64,000 nt of DNA. Origin: an uncultured Hyphomicrobiaceae bacterium. Its GTDB lineage: Bacteria > Pseudomonadota > Alphaproteobacteria > Rhizobiales > Rhodomicrobiaceae. A model generated the notes under the pieces. That model was not told the origin of the DNA, ran no database searches, and saw nothing but the letters and a program-made list of their open reading frames with translations. The position numbers were made by a program, and so were the translations under genes. The stretch covers positions 1,478-65,477 of the forward strand of contig CAYOUE010000001.1 of assembly GCA_964407075.1 (NCBI GenBank), given 5' to 3'. Each line of letters opens with the position of its first letter. The first letter of the stretch is position 1. Of this stretch, positions 55,336 through 64,000 are shown piece by piece.

Positions 55336-55454
55336 GAAACCCCGCTTGCGATAACTGGGATGGACTTCAGGGCCACGATAGCGTCGAGGAATTACATTTT
55401 CCATAATCCGAAATGCAAAATTGCGTGGAACGTGCGTAGGGCTTGCTGACCGAA

Positions 55455-55859
55455 CTACCGTCCGACGTCATCGGAATCGATCTGCCCTGCGAGCCGCGCG
55501 CGTATGGCCGAGAAAGAGAGGCCGATCGTGAGCAGCGTCGCGACAGAAACCTGGGTCATGACGGTGACGACCCAGCCGCCCGAGACGGTCACGAGCCCTA
55601 GATCGACCAGCATGATGTTAAAGAGCAGGAGAAAGACGGCGACGAGCGCCACACCGCCCGACTTCATCGAGCGCAACATGCTGCGTATCAGAAAGATATA
55701 GCCTGCAAGCATCGCTATTCCGAGCGAGGCGGCGAGCGCGCCGGGGGCGTCGCCCCCGATCGCCCAATGATAGAACGAACGTCCGCTCGGATTGTATGTC
55801 GAGAAGACGAGCAGCATCGTGAACAGCCAGCGAAGCAGAAAATTGACCGGCCCGAACAT
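55455..55859 (-). CDS. Small 4-TM membrane protein, paralogue of 59772-60230
   Basis: LLRWLFTMLLVFSTYNPSGRSFYHW, IFLIRSMLRS and TIGLSFSAIRARLAGQ align with the corresponding segments of the 59772-60230 product. Confidence 0.7.
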   Translation of the reverse strand: MFGPVNFLLRWLFTMLLVFSTYNPSGRSFYHWAIGGDAPGALAASLGIAMLAGYIFLIRSMLRSMKSGGVALVAVFLLLFNIMLVDLGLVTVSGGWVVTVMTQVSVATLLTIGLSFSAIRARLAGQIDSDDVGR

Positions 55860-55865
55860 TCCGGC

Positions 55866-56654
55866 TTACCCCCCGCGCGCGGAAGCGATGGCAAGAAACG
55901 GTTCAGGCGAAATCGAAACCGGACCGCTGAATGGATAGAGAAGCTGTGCGGACAGGACCATCATCGTGATGACCGAACTGGAGATGATGGCGACCAGAAG
56001 CAGGTGAATGAAGACGCTCGGCCCCCGCAGGAACCAGCCGATGACGATGGCCATTCCGGCGCCGACCAGAAGCAGGTGAAAGATAATGTCGGACAGCAGC
56101 GGATCCGGCGCGACGGAAATTCTCTCGACCCGCCGCGAAACCACTTCGTCCAGCAGGGCGGACAGACGTATTTTCACCAACCCGCCGGCTCCGTCTCCGG
56201 CACTGATGACGGCCCTGTCGATCCTGTTGAGCCAGTCGATCGCTTCCGGGCTTTCGCCGCCATTCGCCATGAGCGGCCATTCCTTGATGGCGACCGTCTC
56301 GGAATAGCCGCGCACCGCATCGCTGATCGCAGCGCTGGCCGATTCTCCGGCGAGGGGAGCCTGAGCCACGAGGCGGTTGAGCGCGGCTGCTTCATGAAGG
56401 ACGTTCTGCCGGGCTTCGTTGAACTCGGAAAAGCCGTAGACGATGATGAACCCGAGGACCACCGCGTAGATTTCTGCCGCGACCTGGTTCTTTGCAGGTC
56501 CGACAGCGCTCGCGGAGGTCAACATTCCCGTGAAGATCGTTCTAGCGGCCATCGTACCGATGATGGCGATAAGAATCGTCGGCAGGATTATGACGATAAA
56601 GGCCACGTCGAAGGATAGCGACCCGAGCCAGTTCAGAAAGGATGTAGGCGCCAT
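55866..56654 (-). CDS. Membrane protein with a TM pair at each end and a central soluble domain (resembles the DUF4239 type)
   Basis: Topology is read from the sequence. The C-terminal ...LLYPFSGPVSISPEPF motif recalls DUF4239 proteins (recollection only). Start at the internal ATG 56654. Confidence 0.6.
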   Translation of the reverse strand: MAPTSFLNWLGSLSFDVAFIVIILPTILIAIIGTMAARTIFTGMLTSASAVGPAKNQVAAEIYAVVLGFIIVYGFSEFNEARQNVLHEAAALNRLVAQAPLAGESASAAISDAVRGYSETVAIKEWPLMANGGESPEAIDWLNRIDRAVISAGDGAGGLVKIRLSALLDEVVSRRVERISVAPDPLLSDIIFHLLLVGAGMAIVIGWFLRGPSVFIHLLLVAIISSSVITMMVLSAQLLYPFSGPVSISPEPFLAIASARGG

Positions 56655-56665
56655 GCTGGACTCCG

Positions 56666-57160
56666 TCACTCGGGATGATTCGTCTTGCGGCCGGCCGCGC
56701 CGGCGGCGGCGTACCATCGGCGCGAACGCAGGAGGCCGCGCGGGCGGGCTTTGAGCGAGACGCTTTCACACGCCGCCTTTACGAGATCCTCCGCCTCGGC
56801 CTTCGATATTTCGTTGCGTGCAAGTCCGAGCGCAGCTTCGACCATGAACTCGAACCTGTCCTTTGAAATGCGGTCCGAGCGGGTCTTGAAGCCCCGGGCG
56901 ATGTCCAGCAGCATCCGCCGGACCAGCGACTCCGTCGAGAAGCCGTCGCAGATGGCGGCGCCCACCAGATAGCTCTTGGCGTCGGCCGGACGCAGACCGA
57001 GCTGGAATATGGCGTTGTCGATGATCTTCCATTCGCCTTCATTGTCGAGATAGCGGCATTCAGCCGCCCTGAGACGCATGTAATCGAAGATCGTTGCGCT
57101 GTTGCCGGATGCGCCCCCGCTGCCGCCGACGGCCGGATTGCCCTCAATCATCTCGACCAT
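56666..57160 (-). CDS. Soluble hypothetical protein, first gene of the minus-strand operon
   Basis: Clean ORF 11 nt upstream of the next gene. Two similar helical segments are present (AIFQLGLRPADAKSYLVGAA / EAALGLARNEISKAEAEDLVKAA). No family recognised. Confidence 0.55.
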   Translation of the reverse strand: MVEMIEGNPAVGGSGGASGNSATIFDYMRLRAAECRYLDNEGEWKIIDNAIFQLGLRPADAKSYLVGAAICDGFSTESLVRRMLLDIARGFKTRSDRISKDRFEFMVEAALGLARNEISKAEAEDLVKAACESVSLKARPRGLLRSRRWYAAAGAAGRKTNHPE

Positions 57161-57504
57161 TCTTATCCTGTCGTTCGTTGCTTGTCTGCCCGCAAGGCGG
57201 CAGCCGGTTGACCGGTGCAGCCTCTATTCGATACAGCGACTATTATTTTGTGAACTTTAAATTATCATGAAAGCCAGCAATAAAAAATCTTATTATTGTT
57301 GTCATATGATCTAAAAATATTTATAAAATACGCATTATTTATTTTCGTTAAGAGTATTTGAATTGTGTATTTTCGATTTTATACTCTGATATAGCGATTC
57401 ATTCACGCAGTTCGGCTAGATTTTTCAGCAATGAATCAGTGCCGCCTTACGCGTCCGGCAGCCCAGACACCTGCTGGACGGCGTCTTTCGTTCGAGTTCC
57501 GGCC
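57161..57504. promoter_or_regulatory. Strongly AT-rich divergent intergenic region between two operons of unknown function
   Basis: The stretch 57235-57420 is dominated by A/T runs (for example tattattttgtgaactttaaattatcatg and aaaaatatttataaaatacgcattatttattttcg), in an otherwise GC-rich window. Confidence 0.45.
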
Positions 57505-57921
57505 ATGAGCGCAGACCAGGACAGCCCCGTCAGCCAGGCGTGCTTCGAGCGCGCTGCCTGCGGCTTGCAGCCGGCCATCACCATGCAGCCTTTAGTGCAG
57601 GGCGAGGCAGGGAGGCCGCTCGGCATCGTGATCGCCGAAGTCGTCTGCGAAGAGGATGAGGAAAACGGGCTGTTCGCAGGGCTGGGCGCTTTCGTCCGTG
57701 CGCAGTTGCCCGCCGATCGCGCAGCCGTGGAGATCGCGCTGGAAAGACTGCTCGGCGAATTGTGTCGGAAAGGGCGGAAGTTTAACGCCGGCGCAATCGT
57801 CTCGACCCATATCAAGCTGCTTCGCGGCACTCATGCCGACGGGCGCAAGCTGCTGAAGCTGATTGCGACAGGCACAGCCGTGGCCTTGCCGTCACCAGAT
57901 CCTTCGTCCGTACACGTATAA
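57505..57921 (+). CDS. Hypothetical soluble protein
   Basis: The ORF is in frame from 57358 (TTG). ATG 57505 is chosen because the upstream part lies in the AT-rich spacer. GTG 57439 is an alternative start. Confidence 0.45.
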   Translation: MSADQDSPVSQACFERAACGLQPAITMQPLVQGEAGRPLGIVIAEVVCEEDEENGLFAGLGAFVRAQLPADRAAVEIALERLLGELCRKGRKFNAGAIVSTHIKLLRGTHADGRKLLKLIATGTAVALPSPDPSSVHV

Positions 57922-57939
57922 ACATTGTAAAGGTCCGAC

Positions 57940-58875
57940 ATGCGTCTTCCTAAATTTCCCCACTTCTCCCTGCCGGGCGTCCTCGTTCTGAGCGCCTGCT
58001 TCGCCGTGACCCCGGCATGGCCCCAGGAGGCGGGGACCGGCGCCAGCGCGGAAAGTCCCGCCGCGCTTAGGACCGTCTATGTCGCCGATCCTGCGGCTGG
58101 CTGGTTCGAGGCCTGGTCGGAAGCCAGTCTCAAGGCGGACGGATGGCTGTACCGTCCCGACATACGGATCAAGTCCGGCGCAGACATGCTGGCGGCGGTT
58201 GCGTCCGACCCGTCCGCAATCGGTCTGATTTCACGCGGCGAACTGGCGCGTCTTGAAACCGAGGACACCCCAATCGTCACCGCGGCGCCGACCGGGCAGA
58301 GCGTATGCGCGGCGTTTTCCGTGAATGCGGAACGTCCCGAGGACAGTTTCGGCGATTTTGCGCTGAATCACGGGAGCTTTGAAGTGCTTGTAACCGCCGA
58401 TACGCTGGCGATTGCGGAAGCGCTCGCGCGGGCGCATGGATTGCACGGCCGGATGATCGTGAAGCTGGTCCGGTCATCCGAAGCGCAGGCGCAAATCCTG
58501 TCAGGCAAGCCGGCTATGGCCGCATTTCCGGTTCTGCCTGGAGGGCTGCCTGCCGCCGCTGCGAACGCGCCCGGCCTGCGCTTTATCGGGTTGTCGAGGG
58601 CCGCAGCCGGCGCCCTGGAGTTCCGTGGCTTCGTTCGCGGAGGTTTCCGTACGTCCTTGCTTCATCAACTGCCGCTCGTCGAAGGGGTTGCCACAGCTTG
58701 CGACGAGATTGTCCGCATCAGCGCCCGCGACCCCGCGCGCACGTCCGGACCATATGCGGCGCGGGGCGGCTCATGGTTCGGCTTCCTGTCCGGTTCGGAT
58801 CTCGAAATGCGCGTTCGTCAGGCTCTCGACACACTGATCTCCCTCTGGCGGAACGATATGGAAACAAGAGGGTAG
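57940..58875 (+). CDS. Periplasmic protein with a solute-binding-protein-like appearance, function unknown
   Basis: Signal peptide MRLPKFPHFSLPGVLVLSACFAVTPAWPQ. Alternating alpha/beta character. No firm family recognised. Confidence 0.6.
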   Translation: MRLPKFPHFSLPGVLVLSACFAVTPAWPQEAGTGASAESPAALRTVYVADPAAGWFEAWSEASLKADGWLYRPDIRIKSGADMLAAVASDPSAIGLISRGELARLETEDTPIVTAAPTGQSVCAAFSVNAERPEDSFGDFALNHGSFEVLVTADTLAIAEALARAHGLHGRMIVKLVRSSEAQAQILSGKPAMAAFPVLPGGLPAAAANAPGLRFIGLSRAAAGALEFRGFVRGGFRTSLLHQLPLVEGVATACDEIVRISARDPARTSGPYAARGGSWFGFLSGSDLEMRVRQALDTLISLWRNDMETRG

Positions 58876-58878
58876 GCG

Positions 58879-59775
58879 ATGTCGGAAGCTGCCGGGGAAT
58901 CTGTAGACGGCAAGGATGCAGCCGAGCGCGCTTCCGGCAAGTCCGGTGCATTCGGAACATTCGACGGTGCACGCCGCCGCTCCGGGATCGCAGGACTCGG
59001 CGTAGCTCTCGCCAGCGCTGTCAGAAGTATGGGCGGCGCGGCCCGAGGCGTCCTGCGGCGCGTAAAGGCGGTGGGCGGCAGCGTTTCGGATCGTTTTCTG
59101 GCCGCCTCTGCGCTGGCGCTGGCAGGCATCTCGTTCGCCACGCTCGCGCTCCATCTGCCCGAAAAACAGTCCGGGAGGCTGGACGCCGTCGAACGCTCGA
59201 TCGCCGGGATCGAAACGCGCCTCGGAATTCCATCGGCCCGCCGCGCGGCCTCCGACCCCGCAACAATCCTCGTAGCGGTTCAATTCGTGACGGCGTCCGC
59301 TGAGCGTTCCGCGCCATTCGACACCGCTGTCGCGGTCGCCATAACGCTGATTGGAGAGCACCCGGTCATAGGCCCGCTTCTGGATACGCTCCTTAACGAT
59401 GCCATGGAAGGCGTTCCCGGCCATTACGACCTTCGCGCCGAATACGGCAAGAAGCTGGCCGAGCTGAAAAGTCAGGATCTTCTCGTGGGAACGGACGGTG
59501 CTGTGCCCGCGCCGTCCTTCCCGTTCTCCGGTCTGTTCGGTTTTGGCGGATCCGCGGGCAGCAATCAGGACGGCGCCATCATCGAACGGATCACGTCCGA
59601 TGTCGAAGCCGGCGACTTCGCCAGCGCAGTGCAATTCGTCGTCAAGCTTGACGGGCGGCTGCGTGAGGCATTGGAAAGCTGGCGCGAACAAGCAAGCCGC
59701 CGCGCTGCGCTCGACGCGACCCTGAAAGAGCTGCGCCGGGCGGCTTATCTGGACATTCTCGAAACGCCGTCATGA
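58879..59775 (+). CDS. Membrane-anchored mitofilin/Mic60-like (COG4223-type) protein
   Basis: One TM helix (FLAASALALAGISFATLAL). ...SAPFDTAVAVAITLIGEHPVIGPLLDTLLNDAMEGVPGHYDLRAEY... and C-terminal VEAGDFASAVQFVVKLDGRLREALESWREQASRRAALDATLKELRRAA follow the pattern of alphaproteobacterial mitofilin-domain proteins. Confidence 0.6.
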   Translation: MSEAAGESVDGKDAAERASGKSGAFGTFDGARRRSGIAGLGVALASAVRSMGGAARGVLRRVKAVGGSVSDRFLAASALALAGISFATLALHLPEKQSGRLDAVERSIAGIETRLGIPSARRAASDPATILVAVQFVTASAERSAPFDTAVAVAITLIGEHPVIGPLLDTLLNDAMEGVPGHYDLRAEYGKKLAELKSQDLLVGTDGAVPAPSFPFSGLFGFGGSAGSNQDGAIIERITSDVEAGDFASAVQFVVKLDGRLREALESWREQASRRAALDATLKELRRAAYLDILETPS

Positions 59776-60230
59776 AGAGTTACGCCAACGTCCGCAAGGC
59801 TTTGCCATTGGCCGGCATTCTTGCAAGGTTTCTCCTCGTGACGTTCCTCACGCTGGCGACGTTCAACCCGTCCTATTATTCCGTCTCGACCTGGATCGTC
59901 AGCGATGGTTCGCTCATCAGCCTGAAGGCTGTCACAGGATTCGGGCTCGCCGCGGTCTGGATCGTCCTGTTGCGCATGTCGCTTGAAGGTCTCGGATGGC
60001 TGGGACTCGGCTTTACGGGCATGGCGGCTCTGATCGGGGCGATCCTGGCCGCGCAGTTCGGGTTGCTCGACGGTGTGGCCGGATACACGCTCGTCCTGCT
60101 GCTCCAGATCGCATTCGCCGCCACCATCACTTTCGGACTCGTCTTTTCCTACTGGGTGCGTCAGGCGACGGGCCAGTCCGCCGTCTACAAGCCCGATTTA
60201 CGCCCGGCGACCTTTTTCAGGTTCTTCTGA
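59772..60230 (+). CDS. Small 4-TM membrane protein, paralogue of 55455-55859
   Basis: ATGA start/stop overlap with the upstream gene. LARFLLVTFLTLATFNPSYYSVSTW, IVLLRMSLEG and TFGLVFSYWVRQATGQ align with the paralogue. Confidence 0.7.
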   Translation: MKSYANVRKALPLAGILARFLLVTFLTLATFNPSYYSVSTWIVSDGSLISLKAVTGFGLAAVWIVLLRMSLEGLGWLGLGFTGMAALIGAILAAQFGLLDGVAGYTLVLLLQIAFAATITFGLVFSYWVRQATGQSAVYKPDLRPATFFRFF

Positions 60231-60262
60231 CCCTGCTGCTCAACCGCCGCCTTTGCGGCGCA

Positions 60263-61228
60263 TCAGGTCCTGCCGCCGTCCCAGTCCGCGATCGCCGTAT
60301 CCCTTGACGTTCTGACGGGAAGCGAGGCGGGCAGGAAGGTTGAGCCTTCCGCGATCAGAAATTCGCGCAAGGCGCCCGCAGGCGGCGTCAGGCGTTTGTC
60401 GGCATGGTGCACGACGCGCCATTGCCGCCATGCGGGCAAACCCTTCACGTCCAGAATGGCGAGCCGCTTCGTTTCGATTTCCGCAGCGATGGTGTGGGCG
60501 GATATGAACGCGATCCCAAGCCCGGCCATAACCGCCTGCTTGATCGTCTCGTTCGACGGCATCTCCATGCCCGCTTTCGGCTCAACACCGGCCTCACCGA
60601 AAAAGCGGGTCATCAGTCCTCTCGTGCCTGACCCCGCTTCCCGCATCAGGAAGATCTCGTCCCTGAGGTCTTTCGGCGCGAGCGCGCGCCTTGCACAGAG
60701 AGGATGGCCGGGCGGCGCGATGATGACGTGAGGATGGTCGCCGAGGACAGCGCTTTCCACGGCAAGGTCTTCCGGCGGGCGCCCCATGATGACGATGTCG
60801 AATTCTAGCGCGGCGAGTCGCCGGATCGTTTCCTCGCGGTTGCCGATGAAAAGCCTCAGGCCGAGTTCGGGATATTTGCGGGCGAAGGCTCCAAGCGCGG
60901 CGGGTGCGAAATATTTCGCGGTGCTGACGACGCCGATCGAGACCGATCCGCCCTTCAGCCCGCGCATGGCGCTCAGTTCTTCCCAACAAGCGGTCAGCTC
61001 GGTTTCGATGCGTTTGGCGCTACCGAGCAGCACCTGACCCGCTGCGGTCGGCTTCATGCGGTCCCGCGTTCTCTCGAACAGAGGCAGGCCGAGCAAGTTT
61101 TCGAGTTGCCTGAGTTGTTGCGTCACCGCAGGCGGCGTCACGTTCAGCGCTTTTGCCGCGGCGAGTACACGCCCGGACGCCGCGATCGCAGCGACAATGC
61201 GCAGTTGCTTGAGGCTGATGCTCCGCAT
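60263..61228 (-). CDS. cbbR: LysR-family regulator of the Calvin-cycle operon, CbbR
   Basis: LKQLRIVAAIAASGRVLAAAKALNVTPPAVTQQLRQLENLLGLPLFER HTH. Divergent from cbbF-cbbP-cbbL. Confidence 0.85.
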   Translation of the reverse strand: MRSISLKQLRIVAAIAASGRVLAAAKALNVTPPAVTQQLRQLENLLGLPLFERTRDRMKPTAAGQVLLGSAKRIETELTACWEELSAMRGLKGGSVSIGVVSTAKYFAPAALGAFARKYPELGLRLFIGNREETIRRLAALEFDIVIMGRPPEDLAVESAVLGDHPHVIIAPPGHPLCARRALAPKDLRDEIFLMREAGSGTRGLMTRFFGEAGVEPKAGMEMPSNETIKQAVMAGLGIAFISAHTIAAEIETKRLAILDVKGLPAWRQWRVVHHADKRLTPPAGALREFLIAEGSTFLPASLPVRTSRDTAIADWDGGRT

Positions 61229-61376
61229 GTCATGAGATTAAGAAATTCTATGCATAAATGAAACAACTATTAATTTTACTAAACCGACAGTTGGCTTCAT
61301 AGTGTCGGACAGAAAAAGATCAAGCCGGACAGCGAGCACAAAGAATGAAAAGTTCAGCCGTTGGGAGGCGGCCGGC
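61229..61376. promoter_or_regulatory. cbbR-cbbF divergent control region (AT-rich)
   Basis: The AT-rich spacer is gagattaagaaattctatgcataaatgaaacaactattaattttactaaa. This is the expected location of CbbR operators. No site is assigned. Confidence 0.4.
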
Positions 61377-62405
61377 ATGGATACCCAGGTCACGCTCGAC
61401 CTCTATCTGAACAGTTGGACACAGGCCGATCGGTCTCGGCGCGCTGTGGCGTCGACGATCAACGCCATAGCCGGAGCCGCAGGCGGCATCGCGGCGCGGA
61501 TCGCCTCGGGACCCCTGCTGGGCGAGCTTGGCGCTTCGGTCGGCGAGAATGCAGACGGCGACGATCAGAAGGAGCTGGACGTCTGGGCCAACAGCCGCCT
61601 CGTCGCGGAACTGCGCGGCGCACCCGTTGCAATCGTCGCATCGGAAGAGTTCGAGGACCTGTTGCTGCTGGACGCCGATGCACCGCTGGCCGTCGCGATG
61701 GACCCGCTGGACGGTTCATCGAACATCGACACGAATGTGTCCATCGGAACGATCTTCTCGATTCTGCCCGGCAAGGGAGAACGAAGTTTCGATCAGCCCG
61801 GTTCGGAGCAACTGGCTGCCGGCTACGTGATTTACGGCGCGCAATGCGCTCTCGTTCTGACTGTCGGGGAAGGCGTGTCGATCTTCACGCTCGATCCGCA
61901 GACCCGGATCTTCCGTCTGACCGCGGATCATGTCGTCATACCCGCCGAGTCTGACGAATATGCCATCAACGCCTCGAATTACCGCCACTGGAGCGACGCC
62001 ATACGCTCCTACATCGACGATTGCCTCGCGGGCGAGGAAGGCCCGCGCGGGACGAACGTCAACATGCGCTGGATCGCATCCCTGGTCGCGGAATGTCACC
62101 GAATCCTGATGCGTGGCGGGGTGTTCCTCTATCCGCGCGACGCGCGCAAGGGGTACGAACGGGGCAGGCTGCGGCTGATCTACGAGGCGAACCCGATCGC
62201 CTTTCTGGTCGAGCAGGCCGGCGGTCAGGCCATCGACGGGTTCACCCGGATTCTCGACATTGCGCCCGAAACCGTTCATCAGCGCACGCCGCTCATGTTC
62301 GGCTCGGCGGACGAGATCGGCCGGATCGCCCGTTACAAGGCAGACCCGAACACGATCTTCGAGCGCTCGCCGCTGTTCGGGCGGCGCGGCCTTTTGCGCG
62401 TCTGA
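61377..62405 (+). CDS. cbbF: Class 1 fructose-1,6-/sedoheptulose-1,7-bisphosphatase
   Basis: DPLDGSSNID metal-binding motif and a GGVFLYP..... signature. GGGAGG RBS before the ATG at 61377. Confidence 0.9.
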   Translation: MDTQVTLDLYLNSWTQADRSRRAVASTINAIAGAAGGIAARIASGPLLGELGASVGENADGDDQKELDVWANSRLVAELRGAPVAIVASEEFEDLLLLDADAPLAVAMDPLDGSSNIDTNVSIGTIFSILPGKGERSFDQPGSEQLAAGYVIYGAQCALVLTVGEGVSIFTLDPQTRIFRLTADHVVIPAESDEYAINASNYRHWSDAIRSYIDDCLAGEEGPRGTNVNMRWIASLVAECHRILMRGGVFLYPRDARKGYERGRLRLIYEANPIAFLVEQAGGQAIDGFTRILDIAPETVHQRTPLMFGSADEIGRIARYKADPNTIFERSPLFGRRGLLRV

Positions 62406-62425
62406 CGGCTGCAAGGAGACGGAGC

Positions 62426-63301
62426 ATGTCCCAGAAGCATCCCATCATTTCCGTCACCGGATCGTCAGGCGCGGGAACATCGACTGTCCGCCATACGTTC
62501 GAGCAGATTTTCCGCCGCGAGGGCGTCAAGGCGGCGATGGTCGAGGGCGACGCCTTTCACCGCTATGACCGCAAGGGAATGCGCGAGGCGATGGTGGAAG
62601 CCGAGCGCGCGGGTAACAGGCATCTCAGCCATTTCGGACCGGAATGCAACCTGCTGTCCGAACTGGAGAAGACATTTCGCGATTACAGCGATAGCGGAAC
62701 CGGACTAACGCGCCATTATGTGCATGACGAAGCCGAGGCGGCGCTTTTCGGAACGCCACCCGGCACATTCACGCAATGGAAGCCATTTCCGTCGGATACG
62801 GACCTTCTGTTTTATGAAGGTCTGCATGGTGCTGTCGTCACCGACACTGTCAATGTCGCGCAATATCCCGACCTGAAAATCGGCGTCGTACCGGTGCTCA
62901 ATCTAGAATGGATCCAGAAAATTCATCGCGACAAGGCGGCGCGCGGTTATTCCGCCGAGGCCGTCACCGACACCATCCTGCGCCGTATGCCGGACTATGT
63001 GCACTATATCTGTCCCCAGTTCACGCAGACCGACATCAATTTCCAGCGCGTGCCGACGGTCGATACTTCCAACCCATTCATCGCCCGCTGGATACCGACG
63101 CCGGACGAATCGATGGTCGTGATCCGCTTCCGCAATCCGCGCGGCATAGACTTCTCCTATCTCGTCTCGATGATCCACGACAGCTTCATGTCGCGCGCGA
63201 ACTCGATCGTGATCCCGGGCGGCAAGCTCGATCTGGCGATGCAGCTCATTCTAACGCCGATGATTATGAAGCTGGTCGAGAGGAAACGCCGCGCGGGCTG
63301 A
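62426..63301 (+). CDS. cbbP: Phosphoribulokinase
   Basis: MSQKHPIISVTGSSGAGTSTV P-loop start and PRK-like sequence throughout. The start is internal to a longer ORF-track entry. Confidence 0.92.
   Translation: MSQKHPIISVTGSSGAGTSTVRHTFEQIFRREGVKAAMVEGDAFHRYDRKGMREAMVEAERAGNRHLSHFGPECNLLSELEKTFRDYSDSGTGLTRHYVHDEAEAALFGTPPGTFTQWKPFPSDTDLLFYEGLHGAVVTDTVNVAQYPDLKIGVVPVLNLEWIQKIHRDKAARGYSAEAVTDTILRRMPDYVHYICPQFTQTDINFQRVPTVDTSNPFIARWIPTPDESMVVIRFRNPRGIDFSYLVSMIHDSFMSRANSIVIPGGKLDLAMQLILTPMIMKLVERKRRAG

Positions 63302-64000
<699 letters not shown>

Noticed and set aside
51354-60230. tRNA-Thr-anchored genomic island spanning TerC through the block of unknown genes
   Set aside because: There is no integrase or recombinase, no repeat of the tRNA 3' end at a distal boundary, and no obvious GC difference of the coding parts from the rest of the window. 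Only the 20-bp tandem duplication next to the tRNA is retained as an observation.

Overview
This is a GC-rich, densely coding chromosomal segment that looks alphaproteobacterial (Hyphomicrobiales/Rhizobiales-like gene content and synteny). All calls come from reading the ORF translations and the DNA by eye. No database search was run, so family names are recognitions, not hits. I support about 60 protein genes, one tRNA-Thr(GGU), one gene remnant and several repeats and stem-loops.

Main modules, left to right:
1. An Omp25/31-type porin, a TPR protein built from six exact 120-bp tandem units, and an autotransporter whose passenger half is visibly much lower in GC than its barrel half.
2. A LysR/LLM-oxidoreductase/GST group and a GntR-DapA-like-cupin-TRAP(DctPQM)-DUF1330-Qor catabolic locus.
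3. A complete form-I aerobic CO dehydrogenase module, coxMSL-coxDEF. CoxL carries the VAYRCSFR active-site loop. A CoxC-like MHYT-LytTR regulator is encoded divergently.
4. A conserved core block: lysA, a TIGR02302/DUF4175-like protein, a zinc-ribbon protein, ftsEX, ydcF-like and plsC-like genes.
5. An alphaproteobacterial curli locus (csgF, csgG, two curlin-repeat genes and an unassigned secreted ORF) behind a long AT-rich leader.
6. TetR, a decayed low-GC scar with an aroE-like remnant, ynfA, and a Weimberg-type sugar-acid module (KGSADH, FAH/AraD1-like, SDR, Fe-ADH).
7. A Sel1 protein, a GT-C glycosyltransferase, a second Qor, a LuxR-type regulator, murA, tRNA-Thr and TerC.
8. An approximately 7.4-kb block of uncharacterised envelope proteins (52.9-60.2 kb). 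It forms two divergent operons around a strongly AT-rich core, has two paralogous small membrane proteins and includes a mitofilin/Mic60-like protein.
9. cbbR and the start of a Calvin-cycle operon (cbbF, cbbP, cbbL, truncated by the window end).

The uncharacterised block in item 8 is my best candidate for an undescribed system. No CRISPR array, IS element, integrase or recognisable defence genes were seen.
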